Of a stretch of DNA of 44,098 nucleotides, positions 18,398-28,028 are shown one piece after another (positions within the stretch are counted from its first letter, which is position 1; each line of letters opens with the position of its first letter). A model generated the notes under the pieces. It worked only from the letters and a program-made list of their open reading frames with translations. It did not search any database and had not been told where the DNA came from. This DNA is from a virus (taxonomy: Duplodnaviria > Caudoviricetes), in IMG/VR virus record IMGVR_UViG_3300028586_000770, positions 1 to 44,098 of that record; one strand, given 5' to 3'. The translations under genes were made by a program, and so were the position numbers.

Positions 18398-19898
18398 AAG
18401 AATTGTTCTTACCGGACCGCAGGGCCATGCCGTGCTAAGCCATCAAAAACTTAAGTTTTTAGAGTGGGGCCGCGGCGCGGGTAAATCTACCATACTGGGT
18501 TATTTTATGCTCCAGTTCGTGACGCAAATGCCTATGGCATCCTTTTTCCTTGTAGGTTCTACCTATTCGCAAATTTTGTCGCGCACGCTACCCTCCACAA
18601 AAGAAGGCTTGGCCATGTTCAATATTTTTGAGGATGTGGATTATGTTATTGGCCGCTGCGGCAAGGATAAGGGCTTTAAAATGCCTTTTCAAGCTCCTAA
18701 CCAATGGAACAATGTAATCCATTTTAGCAACGGCGCTATTTTTATCCTGGTATCGCTTGACAATAAAAATAGCGGACGTGGTATGAATACCTACGGCGGC
18801 ATGGGTGATGAGGCGGCGTTGTTTGACCCTGAAAAATTATTTAACAATGTACAGACCACTAACCGGGCACAAAAAGAATTTTTTAAAAAATGCTCTATGC
18901 TGCAGGCGGAGGTGTATGCATCGTCCACCCCGCTTACGAAAGCCGGCAAGTGGTTTACCGATATGGAGGCCAAAGCCCTGCTGCCGGAAAATGAAAATGA
19001 GATCTACTTTAGTTCGGCCAGTTCACTAAGCAACCCCCATAATGCTAAGCTTTGGTTTAAGCGTATGAAGGATAATGCCGTATCGCAGCTGTTATATAAT
19101 GCCGAGATACTTAACATAAGGCCTAAAACAATTACCGATGGCTATTACCCGAACCTTACTAAGCGGCACTATTATACCGACTATGACCAGAACTACCTGG
19201 AGGGGCAAATATGGATGCCAAAGGAAAAGAACGGCGGTATCAATCTTACATGTAAGCAGGATAATGACAGGCAGCACGATGAGCCGCTTATCGTATCGCT
19301 GGATTTTGGTGTGTTTAATAGCTGCGTGGTATCTCAGGCGCATAAGGGTTTGAATGAGTACAGGGTGCTTAAGAGCATGTGGGTTAAAAGCCCTAAGCTA
19401 TTAAGTGACCTATTCCTCGAGCAGTTTATACCTTACTACAAAGACCATGGGGATAAGACCATACATCTGTACGGTGGCCATGATGGTAATAATGACCAGG
19501 CTAACGCTGCCGAGACGTTATTTGAACAAGTGGCCACACTATTGCGCGCCCATGGATGGAGCGTATACACACTAACCAGAGGGCAGGCCGCAAGGCACCA
19601 TGCTAAGTACCTACTTATAAATGCCATGCTAAAGGAAACCCAACGCAGCCTGCCACGCATACGCATTAACCAGGATAACTGTGCCGATCTTATAATTGCC
19701 CTGGAGCATGCTGAGGCTAAGGAGGGCAACAGTGGTGTAGAGAAAGAAAAGAAGCATGAGCGTAACAAGTCTATGATGCAGCAGCACACCACCCACCTTA
19801 CCGATGCATTCGACGTACCAATATATGCCTTATACAATGACTTGTTTACAGGCACCAACCTTACTGCAGGTGAGTCCGGCATCATCTTGTTAGGCTAA
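18384..19898 (+). CDS. terL: Terminase large subunit
   Basis: Walker A GRGAGKS, Walker B GMGDEAA, motif III SST, nuclease VSLDFG...HLTDAFD. Confidence 0.93.
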   Translation: MNKIKRIVLTGPQGHAVLSHQKLKFLEWGRGAGKSTILGYFMLQFVTQMPMASFFLVGSTYSQILSRTLPSTKEGLAMFNIFEDVDYVIGRCGKDKGFKMPFQAPNQWNNVIHFSNGAIFILVSLDNKNSGRGMNTYGGMGDEAALFDPEKLFNNVQTTNRAQKEFFKKCSMLQAEVYASSTPLTKAGKWFTDMEAKALLPENENEIYFSSASSLSNPHNAKLWFKRMKDNAVSQLLYNAEILNIRPKTITDGYYPNLTKRHYYTDYDQNYLEGQIWMPKEKNGGINLTCKQDNDRQHDEPLIVSLDFGVFNSCVVSQAHKGLNEYRVLKSMWVKSPKLLSDLFLEQFIPYYKDHGDKTIHLYGGHDGNNDQANAAETLFEQVATLLRAHGWSVYTLTRGQAARHHAKYLLINAMLKETQRSLPRIRINQDNCADLIIALEHAEAKEGNSGVEKEKKHERNKSMMQQHTTHLTDAFDVPIYALYNDLFTGTNLTAGESGIILLG

Positions 19899-20129
19899 CA
19901 AGCTGCCCACTCACCGCCCCACCTACACCGCCCCTTCCACCCAGGGGCGGTGCCGTTTCATATATCCTGAAAATCGAAAAATGGAAAGTGCAGAAATTTA
20001 AAGGACGTGGCGAGATTGGCAGTTAGAAAATGGAAAAAATAATAGTTTCTCTCAGGCTATGAAATTGGTTTACAGGTGCATTCGCGTTTTTGGTTCGGAA
20101 AAGGATATTTAAACAGGCCTAAAAAGTGC

Positions 20130-20165
20130 TGTCCTATTTAAAAGATGTGGCAAATATGAATTTAG
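20130..20165 (+). promoter_or_regulatory. Phage-specific promoter of the portal operon, TGTCCTA-N21-GAATTTAG
   Basis: Conserved spacing; ATG 4 nt after the box. Confidence 0.72.
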
Positions 20166-20169
20166 CTGC

Positions 20170-20514
20170 ATGGAAAATGGCACTATAACACTTTCAGAGG
20201 CATTGGAAATTATGAGACGGCGTGATAGTTACGGCGGCCTCATACATTTTAATATCGCTTTCCGGACGTTTAGCGCAACCACTAAAAAAGGAGGTAAGCT
20301 AAAAAAAATTGATGGCGCGATTTATATGTACCCCGCTAATCCGGATGCAGATAAACCTATCAACATCTATAACCTACTCGAGCCGGTACTTACTGCCAAG
20401 AACCCTAACCACTTTGAGAACCGCACCCGCAACATACAGCTGCCTAATGGCGACATCCGCAAAGTGAACATTGATTTCATAATCTCAATTAACGACCATA
20501 AAGTTATTTATTAA
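20170..20514 (+). CDS. Small phage protein upstream of portal
   Basis: 114 aa, KNPNHFENRTRNI motif, coupled to the portal gene. Confidence 0.7.
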   Translation: MENGTITLSEALEIMRRRDSYGGLIHFNIAFRTFSATTKKGGKLKKIDGAIYMYPANPDADKPINIYNLLEPVLTAKNPNHFENRTRNIQLPNGDIRKVNIDFIISINDHKVIY

Positions 20515-21872
20515 TGAACGATACAATATTTGTAGGCGACTTTGCTTTGAGTTCGTTTAAGGGGGGCGGTTCTGTCTATGCCTTTACCAATACCACCGCT
20601 AAAGGTGAAGATACCGTTACCACACTGCAGGTAGATACCAAAGACAAAGTGGGTACCATAGCCTCATGGGGTACTGCTAACGACTACCCTCAGGATATCC
20701 TGAAGCGCGTAAAACTTAACGGTGCTGCCACCAGTGCGCTCCGCCTGCTGCGCAAGGCGCACTACGGCAATGGCCTTGTCCTTATGACGCACGGCGTTAC
20801 CGAAGACGGTAAACATGATCATAAGATCGTGCCTACAGAAAGCCAACCGGTCATAAAAGATTTTTTTAATAAATCTCAGATGAACCGTTTCTGGAAAGAA
20901 ACAATAACCGACCTGGAGTATTTTTCTATTGCGTTCCCGGAGTACATCCTGTCGAATGACTATACCAATATAAACAGGGTTAAGCGCCAAAAAGCTGCCT
21001 GGTGCCGCTTTGAGGTAATGAACGAAAAGAGCGGCCTGATTGAGAATGTTTACATCTCTGAGAAATTTGGTAAGACCAGCGTGTCTACAGACTCTATTTA
21101 TTGTGCCACCGTGCCCGTTATAGATAGCTACTGGAGTGCTGAAGAGGTTAAAGAATATTGCCGGGTTAACAAAATACACAATTTTGTCCGTCCCGTTTTT
21201 TACCCGCTTATAGATGAGGCTTACTACCCTGAAGCTGAATGGCACAGCATTACAAAATCGGGCTGGCTTGATGTGGCCAACTCAATCCCGGAGTATAAAA
21301 ACAACCTGTTTAAAAACCAGGTATCGATAAAATATCTGATTGAAATTGATGAGCGCTACTTCGAACAAATCTATAAAGAGAAGTGGGCAAATTTTTCAGT
21401 TGAAGAACGTAAGGGCATACGTAAGGCTGTAATCGATTCTATAAATGATCACTTATCGGGCAATGCAAATGCCGGCAAGTCTATCCAGTCAATGAAGTTG
21501 GTAGATAAAAATGGAGATACGATATCTGCCATTACCATTACGACGATCGATGACAAATTTAAAGACGGCTCTTACCTGCCTGAAGCCGAAGCGGCCAACT
21601 CCGAAATTTTGTTCGCCATTGGTGTAGACCCTTCACTTGTGGGTGCGGGCATACCCGGCGGCAAGCTCGGTGCCGGTTCCGGCTCCGATAAGAGCGCCGC
21701 CTTTAATATCCTGTCAGCGCTCTTTAAAACAAACCGCGAAACAACCCTGGAGGTTTTTGATTTTATACGCGATTACAACGGATGGGATGCGAATATTAGC
21801 GGCGCTTTTGAAAACACAATATTAACGACCCTTGACAAAAACCCAACAGGCTCAGAAAAAGTCACTAATTAA
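20514..21872 (+). CDS. Portal protein
   Basis: 452 aa after terL; WGTANDYP, YYPEAEW, LSGNANAGKS, EILFAIGVDPSLVG portal-like motifs. Confidence 0.85.
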   Translation: MNDTIFVGDFALSSFKGGGSVYAFTNTTAKGEDTVTTLQVDTKDKVGTIASWGTANDYPQDILKRVKLNGAATSALRLLRKAHYGNGLVLMTHGVTEDGKHDHKIVPTESQPVIKDFFNKSQMNRFWKETITDLEYFSIAFPEYILSNDYTNINRVKRQKAAWCRFEVMNEKSGLIENVYISEKFGKTSVSTDSIYCATVPVIDSYWSAEEVKEYCRVNKIHNFVRPVFYPLIDEAYYPEAEWHSITKSGWLDVANSIPEYKNNLFKNQVSIKYLIEIDERYFEQIYKEKWANFSVEERKGIRKAVIDSINDHLSGNANAGKSIQSMKLVDKNGDTISAITITTIDDKFKDGSYLPEAEAANSEILFAIGVDPSLVGAGIPGGKLGAGSGSDKSAAFNILSALFKTNRETTLEVFDFIRDYNGWDANISGAFENTILTTLDKNPTGSEKVTN

Positions 21873-22825
21873 TGATACTTAACAGCACCCCCGATTTAAA
21901 AAAGCACGTGTCCGTAGGAGAAAGCTTTGTATTTGACGACCTGCAGCCGTATGTGTCGCAGGCCGTGGATGAGTTTACAAGCAAATACGTTGGCGAACTG
22001 GATGAGATACTGGCAGACGAGGCAACGGAAGGCGACAACGTTGTGAAGCTAAATAAAGCGAGGCACTACCTGCAGGCGGCATTATCAAATTTCAGCCTGT
22101 ATTTGTATACGCCGGTAGGTACTATTAATATAGATGGTACCGGCATGACCAATACGGTTACAGATCACCGCACGCCATTAACCTATGGCGAAAAACGAGA
22201 CGTCCAGCGTACTTTCTTATCTGCAGGCCATAAATCAATGGATAGGCTACTGGCCTACATGGAAAAAAACAAAACGGCTTTTCCTGAATGGGAGGCATCG
22301 ACACAGTACACCGAAAGTAAAAAGCTGTTAGTAAACAATACGGCCATCTTTAACGCCATCTATAACATTTATGAAAGCCGCCAAACTTACCTGGCGCTGC
22401 AGCCTTCCATTAGGCAGGTAGAGGACCAGTACATCCGTACATTTTTGTGCCCTGAATTAATTAATTTTTTAAAGACAGGCGAACCTACAGATGCACAGCT
22501 CGAGGTAAAAGAGTTCCTGCAGAAAGCAGTCGTGGCTTACACAATTGCTAAAGTGGCCAATGAAGGCATTTTTACTATTGATGCATCAAGCCTGATGCTA
22601 AAATTTAATGTCCTGAGCGACGATAAGCCAGTGCCGGTGCCGGAATTATGGTTAAATAATACAATCGCTACACATAAGGCAAATGGCGACAGCTACCTTA
22701 AAATGGTGTCTGATATCATCACTAAAAACATCGAGCAGTTTAACCAGTGCGCCGCGCCTATTATCGTGGCCGATAGTCCAGGCGGATACCAGGCTATCGT
22801 TACGCAGAGTGTTATTGGCATATAG
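21872..22825 (+). CDS. Head-tail adaptor-like protein (DUF6712-like), two internal repeats
   Basis: 317 aa after portal; duplicated LQPYVSQAVDEF / LQPSIRQVEDQY segments. Confidence 0.6.
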   Translation: MILNSTPDLKKHVSVGESFVFDDLQPYVSQAVDEFTSKYVGELDEILADEATEGDNVVKLNKARHYLQAALSNFSLYLYTPVGTINIDGTGMTNTVTDHRTPLTYGEKRDVQRTFLSAGHKSMDRLLAYMEKNKTAFPEWEASTQYTESKKLLVNNTAIFNAIYNIYESRQTYLALQPSIRQVEDQYIRTFLCPELINFLKTGEPTDAQLEVKEFLQKAVVAYTIAKVANEGIFTIDASSLMLKFNVLSDDKPVPVPELWLNNTIATHKANGDSYLKMVSDIITKNIEQFNQCAAPIIVADSPGGYQAIVTQSVIGI

Positions 22826-22828
22826 GGC

Positions 22829-22864
22829 TGTCCTATTATAAATATTACTGTAAACCGAATTTTA
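22829..22864 (+). promoter_or_regulatory. Phage-specific promoter TGTCCTA-N21-GAATTTTA
   Basis: Conserved spacing; ATG 4 nt after the box. Confidence 0.7.
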
Positions 22865-22868
22865 CACC

Positions 22869-23756
22869 ATGTCAGTAAATGCAACAAATAGTCAAAACTC
22901 ATGCGGGACCTGCGGCGAAACTTCGCCGGGAACCGGTGCCGAACTTACACAAAACAATGTACCCAGGACAATACGTATTTCCTACCGTGGTAGTGAAATA
23001 GTGCCCGCGTTGGTACCAAGCAACACCTATGTAAAGGATAAATTAAATGTATTAGAGCGAACATTTACAGAGATTGAAACCCCTATACTCATTAGGCTAA
23101 CGGAGAGCCAGTTCGAGGGCACCCCCACATCTCATATTTTTCTATTTCTCGGCGGCAAGGGTACTTATGGGGGCTTAAGCCCTGTGGCATTTAGAGAGTC
23201 GCATTTAATGTACCTAACCACAATTAACGCACAAATTGAAGACATTGAGGAAAGCAGCAATACCGTCTTTATTGATTTAGGAGTTTTGCCAAATGCCAAT
23301 TACCTTATTGCGGCAAACGGCGAGGGAAGGGATTTAAGCGACCCAAATAAGATTTATTTTTTTACATACATTAAAGATGGCAATAACTACCTGATAAAAT
23401 TTGAGGGGCCTAACGGTTATTATGGTGGGGAGTATGAGAATCAACTTGTAGCCGCAAATCTTATTCCTTCAATAAGTAGTGCCGATCCGGTACAGATCGA
23501 CACATCACAAACTATAACATACAGCTTCCACAGCCCTGAGACAATCCGGACAGATTATTTTCCCACCGCACTATCTATCCGGTCTATACAGACCATCGGT
23601 GTTGCTTCACTGGCATACTCCAATAACAATGGCGCTTCTTACAGTGTAATCGCGCTGCCATTAGCAAACCCCTTTGTTGTCCCGGCAGGATGGGTAAATT
23701 TTAGAATAACCTACCAGGTGGGCACTGTGCGCGCCGGTGTAAACCTTACAACATGA
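22869..23756 (+). CDS. Putative tail fibre/adaptor protein
   Basis: 295 aa, beta-rich, duplicated FLGGKGTYGG / FEGPNGYYGG motif. Confidence 0.5.
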   Translation: MSVNATNSQNSCGTCGETSPGTGAELTQNNVPRTIRISYRGSEIVPALVPSNTYVKDKLNVLERTFTEIETPILIRLTESQFEGTPTSHIFLFLGGKGTYGGLSPVAFRESHLMYLTTINAQIEDIEESSNTVFIDLGVLPNANYLIAANGEGRDLSDPNKIYFFTYIKDGNNYLIKFEGPNGYYGGEYENQLVAANLIPSISSADPVQIDTSQTITYSFHSPETIRTDYFPTALSIRSIQTIGVASLAYSNNNGASYSVIALPLANPFVVPAGWVNFRITYQVGTVRAGVNLTT

Positions 23757-24019
23757 TAGAAATAGCTGCCGGAATATTTTGGGATAACACTTTGTCATTA
23801 TATGACCAAAGCGAGGAAGCGCAGGAGCTGCTTCAGGGAGTTAAAAAAATCGATGAGGAATTTGAAGCCTGCGACAACGATAACGAGCGCGTCATATTCA
23901 AAGAATACAGTATTAGCGACAAATACATTCTAAGGGTAGATTACATCTATGTAAACACACCCGACAGTCGCGAGTGGGGTGGCCTAAAACAAAAAACATA
24001 TACAGTCTATGGCACATAA
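23753..24019 (+). CDS. Small acidic hypothetical protein (possible fibre chaperone)
   Basis: 88 aa, coupled at both ends. Confidence 0.6.
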   Translation: MIEIAAGIFWDNTLSLYDQSEEAQELLQGVKKIDEEFEACDNDNERVIFKEYSISDKYILRVDYIYVNTPDSREWGGLKQKTYTVYGT

Positions 24020-25325
24020 TTTTAATCTTACCGGAGCCATTTATGTAAGCAAGGCAGGTAATGACAGTAACGCAGGTACAGACCCTAATTTACCAAAAGC
24101 AACAATTGGCGGCGCAATAGCCGCAAATCTTGCAGGCGTTATTGTTGTGGGTACCGGGATGTATAATGAGATAATAAGCATAAGTTTAGCAAGTAATATC
24201 ACCGGGGTTGTCGGTGATGGAAATGTAAAAATTTACGGTTCAGGTACTTCAGCTATAAGTATTGATAAGGCTGCATTAACAGTATCAAATATCTCTTTTG
24301 AGTCTTACAGCGCTGTCAGATTTTCATCTGTAAATATTACTGACTGTAAATTTAAAAACATTGCAAGTTTTCGGGAAAGTTCCCAGAATTATATAACAGG
24401 CACATTTTTACGCTGCATATTTATAGACTGTACATTCCAGTTTTCCGGAACATTGTATTCAAATTATATATTGACGTACAGTATTTTTATTAATTGCCTG
24501 ATTCGTAACGTCAGGCAGATGACTTACTGTTACACCAATAGTTTTTCTACGGTAAAAATCGCAGATACTGCAACCGCTGCCACATTCAATTATAATAACC
24601 TGATGGGCACTATATCTGTAGGTAACGGGGCTTATCAAACATTAGCGGCGCACAGGGTAAGCTTCCCTGCGCTGAATGCTAACAGCTTCAATCTTTCGCC
24701 CAGGTTCAACGGAGTAGAGAAAGAAGATTTTACCCTTCAGGCAGATAGCCCGCATATTATTCAGGACAGTGCATTTATCGGCGGTACCCTTGTAGGCAAG
24801 TCAACTATGATCAGTAGCCCTGAGTTCCAGCCTGAGAATGGGGCGATCTGGACGGGCGTAGTACGAAATGGCAATGACATTGTTTTAGCGCCTGGTGTTA
24901 CTGCGGGCACCATAAGGTCAAAACCGATACGGTATTCTGCCAATCCAGCGCGTTCAGGAGTCTTCAGGTACTTCGGTTTAATGTCGTTTAATAAATCAAC
25001 CGCGGGCGGGAGTACTACAAATATCAACGTGCCTGACACAACCGTATTTGCAGGCAATAGCCCTACCGGTATGGGTAACCCTGACCGCCTGACCTTTGAA
25101 CTGCGTTGGACTAACAGCGATGAAATTCCTATAAGCGATTCCGATTACATCAACGGTTATTTATTACCTGCAGGGAATTTTGGCGTGTTCTTATGGAATG
25201 CCGCCCCGGTGGTAGACAATACCGGTAAAACAAACGGTGTGCAGGGCTTTAACCCTAATGCAGTAAATGCTGTAGTGTTTACCTATTTCCAAATGCAGGT
25301 AACGTTACGAAATGACTCGCTATAA
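24009..25325 (+). CDS. Right-handed beta-helix protein (tailspike/depolymerase-like)
   Basis: YVSKAGNDSNAGT..P.ATI..AI...VVGTGMYNE cap, C/F-I-x-C repeats, DFTLQADSP end motif. Confidence 0.7.
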   Translation: MAHNFNLTGAIYVSKAGNDSNAGTDPNLPKATIGGAIAANLAGVIVVGTGMYNEIISISLASNITGVVGDGNVKIYGSGTSAISIDKAALTVSNISFESYSAVRFSSVNITDCKFKNIASFRESSQNYITGTFLRCIFIDCTFQFSGTLYSNYILTYSIFINCLIRNVRQMTYCYTNSFSTVKIADTATAATFNYNNLMGTISVGNGAYQTLAAHRVSFPALNANSFNLSPRFNGVEKEDFTLQADSPHIIQDSAFIGGTLVGKSTMISSPEFQPENGAIWTGVVRNGNDIVLAPGVTAGTIRSKPIRYSANPARSGVFRYFGLMSFNKSTAGGSTTNINVPDTTVFAGNSPTGMGNPDRLTFELRWTNSDEIPISDSDYINGYLLPAGNFGVFLWNAAPVVDNTGKTNGVQGFNPNAVNAVVFTYFQMQVTLRNDSL

Positions 25326-25528
25326 TGGCAGAGGGATTTCAGGGCTTTGGAGTTTCGGCAACAGAAGTTGAAGAAATTGAATTCGCAAAGGGCTTTAAAG
25401 GCTTTACAATAGAGGTAGACGCCCGCCAGTACATAGAGCCGGCATTTGGCTTTAAAGGCTTCGCTATAGAGATGGACTATAGGGGAGAAACAACAAAGAC
25501 CGTAAAGAAACGGACTATTACAAATTAA
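25325..25528 (+). CDS. 67-aa protein with three GFxGF repeats
   Basis: EGFQGF, KGFKGF, FGFKGF at ~20-aa spacing; coupled to the tailspike gene. Confidence 0.65.
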   Translation: MAEGFQGFGVSATEVEEIEFAKGFKGFTIEVDARQYIEPAFGFKGFAIEMDYRGETTKTVKKRTITN

Positions 25529-25546
25529 CAATTAAACAATTATATA

Positions 25547-25966
25547 ATGAGTACACAGTTTAGAACAGATCTTGTAAATTTTTTAGTAGGGGTAAGCGGT
25601 GCTACGGTCGCATCGTACTACTTATTCAGGAATGGCATTGATGGACTATGGTGGGAACAGACACTTGCTTACCTTATGTGCATCGCAGCAGGAATAGTAG
25701 CAGGATGGTTACCAGCCTTCGGAATTAACATGTTACAGGGACAATTCCATCAAAAAGCGGACAGTGTTATTGAAGAAGAAGTAAGAAGTATAAAAGGGGC
25801 TTTCTATACAACAATAGCCATTACACTACTTGCAGCGCTTATAGATATCAGCCCTTACAAATGGATACCTGTAGTTGGTGCCGGTGTATTTGTTTTTGCG
25901 GTACTGCTTTGGGGTGTGCCTGCACTGTACACCAAGCTTAAAGGCAAGTTTACCGCTAAGAAATAA
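25547..25966 (+). CDS. Four-TM membrane protein in the lysis region
   Basis: 139 aa with four hydrophobic helices, coupled to the holin. Confidence 0.7.
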   Translation: MSTQFRTDLVNFLVGVSGATVASYYLFRNGIDGLWWEQTLAYLMCIAAGIVAGWLPAFGINMLQGQFHQKADSVIEEEVRSIKGAFYTTIAITLLAALIDISPYKWIPVVGAGVFVFAVLLWGVPALYTKLKGKFTAKK

Positions 25967-26277
25967 TGAAACATTATCTCTTAAGCATTGCTGCTAACAC
26001 CCGGTACTTTGGGTTTGATATAATTCTATTTATCGCCGGCATTGCCGGCGGTATAGTTTTTTTAAGCAAAGACAATAAGCTTTCGCCCTGGAAGAAATTT
26101 TTATCTGTGCTCTCCGGAGGGTTAACCGCAAATTACTTAACTCCCATTGTTGGCCAGTGGCTGCATTTGTCAGATGATACGCTTTACGGCGTTGCCTTTA
26201 TGCTTGGGTATGGGGGCTTGCGATCTGTAGAGGGAATTTTCATAGCATTCATTAACAAAGCCAAAAAAGAAACATAA
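25966..26277 (+). CDS. Holin
   Basis: 103 aa, three TM segments, basic C-terminal tail, directly before the endolysin. Confidence 0.75.
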   Translation: MKHYLLSIAANTRYFGFDIILFIAGIAGGIVFLSKDNKLSPWKKFLSVLSGGLTANYLTPIVGQWLHLSDDTLYGVAFMLGYGGLRSVEGIFIAFINKAKKET

Positions 26278-26783
26278 TGATGACACCTGAATTATTTGTA
26301 ACAACTTATTTGCCTGAGGCGAAAAAGGTGGAGTCTAAAACCGGATTCCACTATTTAATTCCGCTCACACAGGGAGCTCTCGAGGGTTCCTGGGGAGACA
26401 AAGCACCGGGCTATAATTTTTTCGGTATTAAAGCCTCAAAGTCAACTCCGGAAAACAAGAGGCAGCTTATAACTACAACTGAATATTTAAAAACGGCAAC
26501 TGCTCCATTTCCGGTCGTGATAAAAGTGATTAGGCAAACTAATGGGCTTTATAAATACACTGTTAAGGACTGGTTTATGAAGTATGATAGCGCTGAGGAA
26601 GCATTTGACGAACACATTAAGTTCTTTCTTAAAAACCCCCGATACAAGGAAGCGCTAAAATACAAAATGAATCCGGACAGGTTCTTTGAAGAAATAGCGA
26701 AAGCCGGCTACGCCACAGCGCCCGACTATGCGAAGACTTTAAAACAAGTTAAACAATCAGTAATAAAACGTTTACCAAAATGA
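26277..26783 (+). CDS. Endolysin, glucosaminidase/FlgJ (GH73) family
   Basis: QGALEGSWG, NFFGIKA, TTEY, GYATAPDY motifs. Confidence 0.93.
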   Translation: MMTPELFVTTYLPEAKKVESKTGFHYLIPLTQGALEGSWGDKAPGYNFFGIKASKSTPENKRQLITTTEYLKTATAPFPVVIKVIRQTNGLYKYTVKDWFMKYDSAEEAFDEHIKFFLKNPRYKEALKYKMNPDRFFEEIAKAGYATAPDYAKTLKQVKQSVIKRLPK

Positions 26784-27286
26784 AAATTTTAACCATACTA
26801 CTCACGGCGCTGCTTATGCTTAGCTGCGGCGCGCGCAAAACAAATACACTTAAAAGTGAATCTGAAATAAAAACGGAGGCCACTGTAACGGAAAATACCA
26901 CTTCGGTAACTACAACAGGAAAGAGCGAGCTTACCACTACGGTGCAGGATAATTTTGTTATTGTGCCGGTAAATCCGGATAAGGCAATTGTGGTTGTTAA
27001 GCCTAATGGAGAAACCACGTCAATCTTTAATGCCCGATTAGAGCATACTAAGACTAACACTACCGCGAAGGCAGAAACCAAAACAAAAGATACAACCATT
27101 ACAGAAAAAGCTGCAGCAGTTAAAACGGAAAGTAAAGCGGCCACAGTCACAAAGGCCACAGAGCGCGAAGGATTTTTAACCGGGCGTTACCTTCTTGACA
27201 TTGCCGTCATTGTTGTAACCGTCTTGTTCCTATTGTGGCTATTTGTATGGCGAAAAAAGAAAACGAATGAAGGCAATAAAATTTAG
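26780..27286 (+). CDS. Unimolecular spanin (putative)
   Basis: N-terminal lipobox LMLSC, Thr-rich beta region, C-terminal TM then KKK; follows the endolysin. Confidence 0.75.
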   Translation: MKILTILLTALLMLSCGARKTNTLKSESEIKTEATVTENTTSVTTTGKSELTTTVQDNFVIVPVNPDKAIVVVKPNGETTSIFNARLEHTKTNTTAKAETKTKDTTITEKAAAVKTESKAATVTKATEREGFLTGRYLLDIAVIVVTVLFLLWLFVWRKKKTNEGNKI

Positions 27287-28028
27287 CATACCAAAATCAT
27301 GGGATGAGCTGAGCGATGGCCAGCTCGAAAAAATTGCAGCACTTCTGCATTCCGGCAGGAAAGGGCCGGCATTTGATATTACTATTTTCATGATCCTGGT
27401 TAACCTGCGTTGGTATACCTGGCTAAAAAATTACAGAGTGTTTAAAGTGCTGCAGGACGTGCCGCTCTCAGAGCTTAAACATCATTACTGGTTTATCTAT
27501 AAAAAAGATGACCGGACCATTTTTCCTAAATCGCTTTTAAGCCCTTGGCAGCGGTTATTATTTTGGAAATGGCTAAAGACACCGGGTGCCAGGTTGAGCA
27601 CACTTACAGCCGCAGAATTTGCCAGTTCAGAGAGCATGTCGAAGCTTTGGGAGAAGGAGAAGCACAGGAACCCATTACAATACATGGCCGCTACAATATA
27701 CAGGCGCAGCGGCCATGTTTTTCTGCAGCCTGTGTTTGAGGCCACGATGCTGCCCAAACTTGCAAAGCGCTTTGATAATGTGCCACTGCAAAAGTTGCTG
27801 GCGATGGAACTTGCTTATAATGGGAGTAAGAACGCCTTAATAAAACGCTTTCCGGTTGCCTTCCCTAAAAACGGAAGCAGGCCTGCAGGCGGCAAGTTGT
27901 ACGGCTTTGGTAAAGCAGTTCTCAATATGTCGGGCGGCAAGTTCGGCACACATACAGAAACCGGGCAGACAAACATTTACACCTTCCTTGAGGAATTTGA
28001 AGAAAATATTAATGCAGCTAATAAATAA
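27267..28028 (+). CDS. Phage protein (tail assembly chaperone-like)
   Basis: Likely start MKAIKFSIPKSWDELS; PKSWDEL and GGKFG motifs; coupled to the next gene. Confidence 0.55.
   Translation: MKAIKFSIPKSWDELSDGQLEKIAALLHSGRKGPAFDITIFMILVNLRWYTWLKNYRVFKVLQDVPLSELKHHYWFIYKKDDRTIFPKSLLSPWQRLLFWKWLKTPGARLSTLTAAEFASSESMSKLWEKEKHRNPLQYMAATIYRRSGHVFLQPVFEATMLPKLAKRFDNVPLQKLLAMELAYNGSKNALIKRFPVAFPKNGSRPAGGKLYGFGKAVLNMSGGKFGTHTETGQTNIYTFLEEFEENINAANK

Noticed and set aside
22869-25528. Diversity-generating retroelement or invertase-switched tail fibre
   Set aside because: No reverse transcriptase, no TR/VR pair with adenine-specific differences, and no second recombinase or inverted crossover repeats seen
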